Assembly (NCBI GenBank): GCA_965204375.1 | Contig: OZ241986.1 | Location: forward strand, 2,496,001 to 2,560,000 | DNA: 64,000 nucleotides | Source of the DNA: Candidatus Latescibacterota bacterium | GTDB lineage: Bacteria > Latescibacterota > UBA2968 | Direction: 5' to 3' | In this document: positions 56,586 to 64,000 of the stretch, piece after piece | Numbering within the stretch: the stretch's first letter is position 1 | How the letters are laid out: every line of letters starts with the position of its first letter | Position numbers and translations under genes: made by a program | The notes under the pieces: model-generated | Told to the model about the DNA's origin: nothing | The model's input: the letters and a program-made list of their open reading frames with translations, nothing else | Databases searched by the model: none

Positions 56586-58940
56586 ATGGTTATGAAAACG
56601 ATAATACTGGGAATTTTGTGCATAGCGCTAACTGCAACAAATGGTCTCGCAAAAGATGCTTCGCCAGAGGCCATTGCCGCGGCAGAGAGAGCATATCAAG
56701 AAGGAATGAAACACTTTGAGGCAGAAAACCTGGACGCGGCGCTTATATCTTTTCAATCGGCGATTGCCCAGAACGAAAAGTACGCACCCGCCTATGTGGG
56801 CCTGGGTCATGTCTATTTGAAACAGGGCAATTTGACCGAAGCGGAAAAGGCGTTTAAGGCCGCAGTCTCAAAAAACAAAAAATACGCGCCGGCTTACAAT
56901 GGATTGGGCCTGGTCTATAGCCGAAAAAAGAACGAACTGCGTCGGGCAATTGCGTATTTTCGGGATGCAAATCGGGCAGATAAAACGTACTCGGAAGCGC
57001 AATATAACCTGGCTCAAACCCTGGAAAATTACGGCAGCAGTGAGACCCTCAAAGCCTATCGCAATGTCTTAAAGATAGATCCCAAACACCCCAATGCAAA
57101 CTATCGCATAGGGATATTGCTCGATGAAGATGGAGAACGCGAAAAAGCCGTGCAAGCGTATCGCGATCAATTAGAAGCAAAACCGGATCACCGCGGGGCA
57201 CGCTTGAATCTGGGCATTGACCTGAAATTGCTCGGGCAATTGCGAGAGGCACTTCAGCACCTGCTCAAAGTTGCAACCGTTGCCAGCGATTTTCAACGTC
57301 GAGCCGTATTGGAATTGGCGCAGGTATTTCAAAGGGCAAAGGCATTTGAACAATCAGCGCGATTATTTGAATCATATATCAAGCAGTTATCCGAAAAAGA
57401 ACAAGAAACGTATTGCGATCTGAATCTCGTCGCATCGGGTCCCATTCTCAAGGAATATAACGATGCCGAGACACTTCCAGAAAAAAAGCGCGTTTTTAGA
57501 ACATTCTGGTCGCGTTTAGACCCGGCTCCCGTCACCGAAGCCAATGAACGGTTATTGGAACACTATCGCCGCGTCGCGTATGCGCGTGAATTTTTTGGGA
57601 CACAACGCTTTCCCTGGGATGCACGCGGCGAAGCCTATATCCGCTATGGCGCGCCTGACCATGTGAGTAATTCGGGCAATATTCAACTGGAGCGAACAAA
57701 AAAATTGGTTGACGTAAAAGAGCGGCTCATTCAAAAAGCCGGACCAGCGGTGGACCGGTTGCTCAGAGCGCGGTCCGATGCGGTCGCATCGAGCATGATA
57801 GGTATGCGGGGGCAATTGCGTCGCGCCGAGCAACGAGGCCCTGGCGAACGACAACAAGTAACCAGTGGAACCATTTTGGGATGGCCGGTATATCCGGTAG
57901 ATGGGATATGGGAATACTGGATCTATGCCGATGTTGGCAATGGCATAGAAGTCGTATTTGAACAGCGCGTAAATCAAGAGGCCTGGGATTATGCCGATAT
58001 ACCGCTCGGAAGAGGGCGGATAGCGCGGATATGGCAGGACATGCATCCGGAAATTGTCTTGAAACAGGTCGCAGTTCTTACACCGATGACATATCGTCCC
58101 GACTTTGCGACGGGCGCATTGGATTTTTATCTTGCCTCATCTGCTTTTCGGGCGCAAGAAGGTCTAACCGCACTCGAAATTTATTACGGTATTCCAACCG
58201 CACAATTGCTCTTTGCAGCCGGACAAGATGGCGCGCGGATCGCACAATTAGACCGCGGCATTGTGGTTTACAATCAAGCGGGCGATCCCGTCTATCGCAC
58301 GAGCCAGGAAATGGTGCTGGGCGCGTCGGATGAAGCCGATCAGTCACCTGGCGCGTATGTGCCGGAGATGGACCGTTTGTTTTTAACACCGGGCAATTAT
58401 CGCATTTCCGTGCAGGTTTTGGATCGTCGTTCAAGAAAATCACAGGTATATCACATCAACCGCGTCGTGCCCGAATACGATATAGACGACGAGTTAAAAA
58501 TCAGCGATGTGGAACTCGCCGCCACCATCAATGTGGCCGACAAGAGCCGGTTCCAAAAGGGCGATATCGAAGTGATCCCCATAGCCTCAAAAGCCTATTT
58601 GCCCGCGCAACCCGTTTTTATCTATTTCGAAATTTACAACTTAAAACGCAATGCCTTCGGCCAGACCAAATACCGCGTATCTTATGTGGTGCGATCGCGC
58701 GATCAAAAGACCATCGGCGCGCGAATTTTGGGTGGCGTGGGCAAAATGCTCGGACAAAAGAGCGAGCAGGGCGTTGTCTCAATCGAATACGAACAAGTGG
58801 GAACAGAGACACAAGAACCGGGATATCTCGAATTGGACATGTCGCGCTCTGAACCGGGCGAAAAAATCGTAGAAATCGCAATTGTAGATGAAACAACAGG
58901 CCAGACAGCAACCGCGACAGCGACATTTGTCACTCAATAG
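56586..58940 (+). CDS. Secreted TPR-repeat plus GWxTD-domain protein
   Basis: Signal peptide, several TPRs, FWSRLDP.P.T..NERL.EHYRRV, WDARGEAYIRYGAPD. Confidence 0.82.
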   Translation: MVMKTIILGILCIALTATNGLAKDASPEAIAAAERAYQEGMKHFEAENLDAALISFQSAIAQNEKYAPAYVGLGHVYLKQGNLTEAEKAFKAAVSKNKKYAPAYNGLGLVYSRKKNELRRAIAYFRDANRADKTYSEAQYNLAQTLENYGSSETLKAYRNVLKIDPKHPNANYRIGILLDEDGEREKAVQAYRDQLEAKPDHRGARLNLGIDLKLLGQLREALQHLLKVATVASDFQRRAVLELAQVFQRAKAFEQSARLFESYIKQLSEKEQETYCDLNLVASGPILKEYNDAETLPEKKRVFRTFWSRLDPAPVTEANERLLEHYRRVAYAREFFGTQRFPWDARGEAYIRYGAPDHVSNSGNIQLERTKKLVDVKERLIQKAGPAVDRLLRARSDAVASSMIGMRGQLRRAEQRGPGERQQVTSGTILGWPVYPVDGIWEYWIYADVGNGIEVVFEQRVNQEAWDYADIPLGRGRIARIWQDMHPEIVLKQVAVLTPMTYRPDFATGALDFYLASSAFRAQEGLTALEIYYGIPTAQLLFAAGQDGARIAQLDRGIVVYNQAGDPVYRTSQEMVLGASDEADQSPGAYVPEMDRLFLTPGNYRISVQVLDRRSRKSQVYHINRVVPEYDIDDELKISDVELAATINVADKSRFQKGDIEVIPIASKAYLPAQPVFIYFEIYNLKRNAFGQTKYRVSYVVRSRDQKTIGARILGGVGKMLGQKSEQGVVSIEYEQVGTETQEPGYLELDMSRSEPGEKIVEIAIVDETTGQTATATATFVTQ

Positions 58941-58956
58941 GACAGGAGCAAATTCA

Positions 58957-60300
58957 ATGCGTATTTTTGATATTGAAACCATGCGCGCACACGCGCGTGA
59001 GATTTTTGATACGGCAGTCAAAGCAGTTGATGCCGAACAGTGCGTGCGGCAATTTGTATCGCTGGATGGCGATATTTTGCACATAGGCGATCAAAATTAT
59101 GATTTAAGTATTTACCACCGCATTCTGGTCGTGGGCACCGGCAAAGCCTCACCACAGATGGGCGTAGCTCTGGAAGATATATTGGGTGATCGCATCTCTG
59201 GTGGATCTATGAATACAAAATACGACCATGCATTGCCCTTAAAACATATCGACACAGTGGAATGCGGCCATCCCGTGCCCGATGAATCGGGAGTTGACGG
59301 CGTCGGCCGCATGGTTCATTTGCTGGAAGAAGCGGATGAAAACACGCTGGTGATTTGTTTGATCTCCGGGGGCGGCTCGGCACTCGCACCCGCACCTGCT
59401 GACGGATTGACGCTTGCAGACAAGCAAGAAACGACAAGTCTATTGTTGGCCTGTGGCGCAAATATTGTGGAACTCAATGCCATCCGCAAACATCTATCGC
59501 GCCTAAAAGGTGGAGGGTTAGCGCGTGCGGCTTTTCCCGCAACCGTTGTCGCGCTGATGTTGTCAGATGTGATTGGCGATCCCATGGACGTCATTGCATC
59601 TGGTCCCACAGTGCCGGATACTGCGACATTTAAGACGTGCATGGATATTCTGGACAAATACGAATTGGTCGAAAAAATACCCGAAAGTGTTCGGCTGCGA
59701 CTAAAAGCCGGTTTGGCTGGAGATATTGAAGATACGCCCAAGCCCGGCGATGCGGCGCTCTCCAAAGTTCAGAATCTCGTGGTCGGCAGCAATGGTCTGG
59801 CCGTAGCTGCGGCAAATAACAAAGCGATGAAATTGGGGTATAATACGCTGGTATTATCTACGCGCATCGAGGGCGAGGCGCGAGAAGTCGCTTATGTATA
59901 TGCGGGTATTGCCAAAGAAATTGTGACATCTGGACAGCCCCTTACAGCACCGGCCTGCGTGATTGCCGGCGGAGAAACAACCGTGCTGGTGCGCGGAGAT
60001 GGCAAGGGGGGGCGCAATCAAGAGATACCGCTATCGGGTGCAATTCAATTAGCCGGGTGGGACAATGTCGTACTGTTTAGCGGAGGTACCGATGGCACCG
60101 ATGGACCAACCGATGCCGCGGGCGCCGTAGCCGATGGACAAACCATAGCGCGAGCAGAAGCACTGGGACTTTCCGCGATCGCACATCTCAAAAACAATGA
60201 TGCCTACCACTTTTTTAAGCCACTGGACGACCTGATCATCACCGGAGCAACAGGAACCAATGTGGCAGATGTAGCGCTGGTAATGGTCGGGAATGCATAA
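58957..60300 (+). CDS. Glycerate 2-kinase (MOFRL family)
   Basis: GTGKA, GHPVPD, LISGGGSAL, KGGGLA, GGETTV, GGRNQE, TDG.DG, TGTNVAD. Confidence 0.92.
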   Translation: MRIFDIETMRAHAREIFDTAVKAVDAEQCVRQFVSLDGDILHIGDQNYDLSIYHRILVVGTGKASPQMGVALEDILGDRISGGSMNTKYDHALPLKHIDTVECGHPVPDESGVDGVGRMVHLLEEADENTLVICLISGGGSALAPAPADGLTLADKQETTSLLLACGANIVELNAIRKHLSRLKGGGLARAAFPATVVALMLSDVIGDPMDVIASGPTVPDTATFKTCMDILDKYELVEKIPESVRLRLKAGLAGDIEDTPKPGDAALSKVQNLVVGSNGLAVAAANNKAMKLGYNTLVLSTRIEGEAREVAYVYAGIAKEIVTSGQPLTAPACVIAGGETTVLVRGDGKGGRNQEIPLSGAIQLAGWDNVVLFSGGTDGTDGPTDAAGAVADGQTIARAEALGLSAIAHLKNNDAYHFFKPLDDLIITGATGTNVADVALVMVGNA

Positions 60301-60318
60301 CTTCGAGAAATATGTCTC

Positions 60319-61092
60319 ATGTCCAATTTAACCGAACCCATCCTCAACGAAGTCGAAGTCGATTATTTCCGGCGTCACGGGTATATCGTGCGCACCGATT
60401 TACTTACCGATGAGGAGCGCGACGAATTTATCGCCCTATTTGACCGCGACCGCGAGCAATTTGTGTTTCGCTGGCATCCCTATGGCTACCACCAGCAAGC
60501 CAATTACGACGCGCTCGTCACCACGCCCAAATTTGACCACGTGATCCGTCACCCAAAAATCCTCGCTGCAATCGAACAACTTATGGGTGGTCCGGTTTGC
60601 TTTGGCGAAATTGGCGCGCGTTACATGCTCCCTTACGACGGCGAACTGCACCGCAGTTGGCATCGAGACCGCCCCCACTGGAATGAGCATCCATTCCGAA
60701 TGGACTATATCCAGCTCATGCTCTATCTCACAGACGTAGATGCAGACACCCACTGCTTCTCACTCTCTCCCGAATCGGTCTATGAACCCACGCTCGAAGA
60801 CAAAGAAGCGCAACTCAAACGCGGGGGCATCGCCGATATTCACGGTCCCGCAGGCACAGTTTGTCTCTTCAATGTCGCGGCACTACACACGGCCACCACA
60901 CGACCGACGAAATGCGACCGCAAAACCCTGCAAATCTACTACGGACACCGCGATCGCAAGTACCTGGCCAACGACTCCGTCATCCCCCCCATCTTCTGGC
61001 GCGACCACAAAGACCCCGAAGTGCGCGCCTTTTACGGCAACCTCAACGAAGTCTCCAATATTTACAACAAAGCATTTGGAATTCGGCCATGA
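60319..61092 (+). CDS. PhyH-family 2OG-Fe(II) dioxygenase
   Basis: FRRHGY, WHRD, LYLTDV, AGTVCLFN..LH, R. Confidence 0.85.
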   Translation: MSNLTEPILNEVEVDYFRRHGYIVRTDLLTDEERDEFIALFDRDREQFVFRWHPYGYHQQANYDALVTTPKFDHVIRHPKILAAIEQLMGGPVCFGEIGARYMLPYDGELHRSWHRDRPHWNEHPFRMDYIQLMLYLTDVDADTHCFSLSPESVYEPTLEDKEAQLKRGGIADIHGPAGTVCLFNVAALHTATTRPTKCDRKTLQIYYGHRDRKYLANDSVIPPIFWRDHKDPEVRAFYGNLNEVSNIYNKAFGIRP

Positions 61093-61901
61093 CCTTCCGA
61101 ACAACACCTCTCACGTCTCACTACGGCGTTGAAGTTCACGACATTGACCTCACCCGAATCAATGGCGAAATGGCCGAAGCCATTCTCGACTCAGTCAACG
61201 AACACGCCCTGCTTCTCTTTCGACGGCAATCGCTCCACGACGAAGACATCTACACCCTAAGTGCCGCACTCGGACCCGTCGAAGAACCCGCAGCCAAAAT
61301 CAACCACAGTCCCCGTTTCAAAGAAGTCAATTACATCTCGAATTTGAACAATAGCGAAAGTACATTCATTGGCACTCCCATCACAGACAATGACGGAGGC
61401 TGGCACACAGACCAGGCCTTCCGCAAAAATCCCGCCACACTATCGACGCTTTTCTGTATCATCGCCCCGGAAAAAGGGGGTGGCACCAGCTTTTGCAGTA
61501 CACACATGGGCTATGAAGCCCTTCCGGAAACACTCAAGAAGCGCATTGAGAACATGCGCGTCAAATACCTGCCCGGCAAAATTCACGAAGTCGAACCCTT
61601 TGAAGTCACCCATCCTCTTGTACTCACCAGCCCGAGCACGGGGCGAAAAACCCTCTACATATCTCCCGGTACGCGCGGAATTGACGGGCTGGACGAAGCT
61701 GAAAGCTGGGCTCTCAAAAACGAACTGCTCACCTATCAACTTCGCCAACACCACATATACCAGCACAACTATCGCATGGGCGACATGCTCATTTACGATA
61801 ATGCGCAACTCCTGCACAAACGCGACGCGTACAAAGGTCCGCGCTTCCTGAAAATTACGCGTGTCTTTCTGTCTCCCGACCGCTTCGCCATTCCCGACTG
61901 A
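61089..61901 (+). CDS. TauD/TfdA-family 2OG-Fe(II) dioxygenase
   Basis: WHTD, GGGTSF, HPLV..P.TGRK.LY, YDN..LLH.R; ATG 61089 overlaps the upstream stop. Confidence 0.88.
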   Translation: MTFRTTPLTSHYGVEVHDIDLTRINGEMAEAILDSVNEHALLLFRRQSLHDEDIYTLSAALGPVEEPAAKINHSPRFKEVNYISNLNNSESTFIGTPITDNDGGWHTDQAFRKNPATLSTLFCIIAPEKGGGTSFCSTHMGYEALPETLKKRIENMRVKYLPGKIHEVEPFEVTHPLVLTSPSTGRKTLYISPGTRGIDGLDEAESWALKNELLTYQLRQHHIYQHNYRMGDMLIYDNAQLLHKRDAYKGPRFLKITRVFLSPDRFAIPD

Positions 61902-61903
61902 CC

Positions 61904-63898
61904 ATGGCTGCAACATCTCCCCAGCAAGAACGCCACCCCATTCCCTCGCGCATCACGGGGCGCTCTGTGCTCTTTGGCGCACTCACCGCCATTGCCCTCA
62001 ACGTGTACACCGACCACGCCGGGTTGGTGATGGGGTCGTCATCCCTGGTCAAATCGCAATATCCAATGGCCATGTTGCTGCCTTTTGTACTCTGGTTATT
62101 TGCCAATATCGGTCTCAAAACCTTCTGGCCCAAAGCGGCACTTTCGGGCACCGAACTGCTCGTCATCTACAGCATGTCCTGGATCGCGGGCGTTATTCCC
62201 CTCGAAGGTTGGGCAGCTTATTGGACGAGCACAATGGCCGTACCCACCTATTATGCGTCACCTGAAAATCGTTGGACCGAAATCATCTTTGACATCTTGC
62301 CCTGGTGGACCCTGCCAGACATATCGCCTGCGGTCATTCGTCCTTTCTACGATGGATTGCCTCCCTATGGTTCCATTCCCTGGGTGGGCTGGTTGCAACC
62401 CCTGTTCTGGTGGACCGCCATCTCATTGGCCGTTTTTACAGCGGGATTGTGTTTGTGTATTCTCTTCCAACGCCAGTGGGAAGACCACGAACGACTCGCC
62501 TTTCCGCTCGCGCAATTTGCCGTAGAACTCACATCTGGCTTTGATCAACCCGGACGCGTCCCCGGCATATTTCGCAACAAAATTTTCTGGGCGGGTTTTT
62601 TCACTGTTTTTGGCGTCTTCGCGTGGAATATCCTCGGTTATTTCGCCACGGGCTTGCCGCGCATCACCATTTATGCCGGATACCTGAGCAAACAAATCGA
62701 CCTCGCCCGCGACTTTCCTCCCATTTACCTTCGCATCTTGCCCCCGGTAGTCGGTCTCACCTACTTCTGCAATCTCGACATCCTCTTCAGTTTTTGGGTT
62801 TTGCGCCTCGTCGCCATAGTCAAACTCGGCATTATGGACCGCACGGGCTTCACACTTGGCCTGGCCAACCAGCAGGCAAAATCATCCGAAATCATCAATC
62901 TCGAAAGTCACGGCGCCCTTGTTTTATTGGCGCTCTGGTCTATTTGGGCTGCTCGGGGGCACCTGTCTCGCGTCTGGCAAGCTGTTGTAGAAGGACGACA
63001 GTCTGTTCATAACGACGGCATTATATCCTATCGCCTGGCATTTATCGGCTTTGTTCTGGCAACCACCTTCATCATCGGCTGGATGAGCGCAATGGGCATG
63101 TCTATCCCCATTGCACTCTTGCAAACCGCGCTACTCTACACGGCATATTTCACCGTCGCCAAATTCACGGCCGCCAGTGGTTTTCCCCATCTTCTACCCA
63201 TATATGGTAAAGGCGGTGGCATGGTCTATACCTTTACAGGTACTGCCAACTTGACCCCCTCGGACTTTGTAGGTACTGAATTTGTCAACTCCAGCGCCTT
63301 CTTTGGCAACACTCGCATTCCCGCATGGCCCGCGCTACCCCACCATCTGAAATTGCACGGCGCAACGCCAAACGCCCGCATCGCCCGTATCGCCGTGCTC
63401 GCCTTCACCGTGGGCTTGCTCGCATCCTTCATCTTTATTATCTATTTGGCCTATGCCCACGGAGGGCAAAATCTGCACACAGCCCCATTTTCTGGCCGCT
63501 CAAACTCGGCCTCAGTCCGCCTTTACAGCAACATGACCAACCACATTCTCAACGAACAAAAAACCGTTTTTGATCCATATAAAATGGCCGTATGGTTCAT
63601 TGGCATCTTTGAAGCGCTCGTGCTCATTGGCTTGCGAAGCCGCCTGCCCTGGTGGCCCCTGCACCCAATTGGCCTCGCCTTTCAAAATACCTCTGGTCCA
63701 AGAATCTATAGCTTCTCCATTTTTCTCACCTGGGCGGCCAAATCACTTTTCCTGCGCATCGGCGGCATTGCCCTGTACCGCCGCGCAGCACCTTATTTTA
63801 TTGGCCTGCCAGTGGGCTATGTCACCGGCGTCATCGTTTCGTCTATTGTCGACCTCATCTGGTTTCCAGCAGGTGGGCACTGGACACATGGATGGTAA
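61904..63898 (+). CDS. Polytopic membrane protein (DUF6785/DUF6784-like putative transporter)
   Basis: Many TMs; QWEDHERLAFPL, WWPLHPIG, RIGG..LYRR..PYFIGL. Confidence 0.7.
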   Translation: MAATSPQQERHPIPSRITGRSVLFGALTAIALNVYTDHAGLVMGSSSLVKSQYPMAMLLPFVLWLFANIGLKTFWPKAALSGTELLVIYSMSWIAGVIPLEGWAAYWTSTMAVPTYYASPENRWTEIIFDILPWWTLPDISPAVIRPFYDGLPPYGSIPWVGWLQPLFWWTAISLAVFTAGLCLCILFQRQWEDHERLAFPLAQFAVELTSGFDQPGRVPGIFRNKIFWAGFFTVFGVFAWNILGYFATGLPRITIYAGYLSKQIDLARDFPPIYLRILPPVVGLTYFCNLDILFSFWVLRLVAIVKLGIMDRTGFTLGLANQQAKSSEIINLESHGALVLLALWSIWAARGHLSRVWQAVVEGRQSVHNDGIISYRLAFIGFVLATTFIIGWMSAMGMSIPIALLQTALLYTAYFTVAKFTAASGFPHLLPIYGKGGGMVYTFTGTANLTPSDFVGTEFVNSSAFFGNTRIPAWPALPHHLKLHGATPNARIARIAVLAFTVGLLASFIFIIYLAYAHGGQNLHTAPFSGRSNSASVRLYSNMTNHILNEQKTVFDPYKMAVWFIGIFEALVLIGLRSRLPWWPLHPIGLAFQNTSGPRIYSFSIFLTWAAKSLFLRIGGIALYRRAAPYFIGLPVGYVTGVIVSSIVDLIWFPAGGHWTHGW

Positions 63899-63945
63899 TT
63901 GGGAATAAAAATTAAGGGTTAGGTAGATCGACCGCTGATTACTTC

Positions 63946-63974
63946 GTAGGGACGGGTTTGAAACCCGTCCCTAC
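63946..63974. repeat. GTAG-type REP-like palindrome
   Basis: GTAGGGACGGGTTT-G-AAACCCGTCCCTAC, perfect 14-bp arms. Confidence 0.75.
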
Positions 63975-64000
63975 TACAGAAAGGTTTCTCATGTCCGAAC

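Noticed and set aside
60861-61088. 76-aa N-terminal extension of TauD (and similar extensions of def, nhaC, bamA, glycerate kinase)
   Set aside because: They overlap neighbours or lack an RBS; downstream starts fit the families better

Overview
Bacterial chromosomal window of about 50% GC from a diderm organism. An FCB-group lineage (Latescibacterota/Gemmatimonadota-like) is inferred from the LysS insertion, GWxTD/TPR and FlgD-Ig proteins and multiple PhyH dioxygenases. Positions 1-36.5 kb are mostly housekeeping: lysA end, larE, def, pncB, moaD/E, tsaD, ftsK, lolA, prfB (programmed +1 frameshift), lysS, lolD, clpC, bamA, skp, fabZ, pyrF, rnpB, RNase HI and tRNA-Val(CAC). This part also contains an inserted ABC/AAA ATPase + PIN nuclease gene pair that looks like an undescribed defence/toxin module. 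Positions 37.6-46.1 kb are a type I restriction-modification locus whose hsdS is split by a complete IS1380-family element (4-bp CTAA duplication) at the start of the second TRD. A promoter-bearing gene cassette bounded by 33-bp direct repeats lies upstream of hsdM. Positions 46-64 kb hold a sugar-acid dehydratase, modBC, a structured intergenic leader plus ECF sigma factor, duplicated YgiT zinc fingers, a probable sigma54-driven ABC permease, orphan antitoxins, a stand-alone RecT/Red-beta-like annealase candidate and 2OG-Fe(II) oxygenases. No CRISPR array, rRNA or prophage was seen. All calls come from motif reading by eye; no database searches were run.
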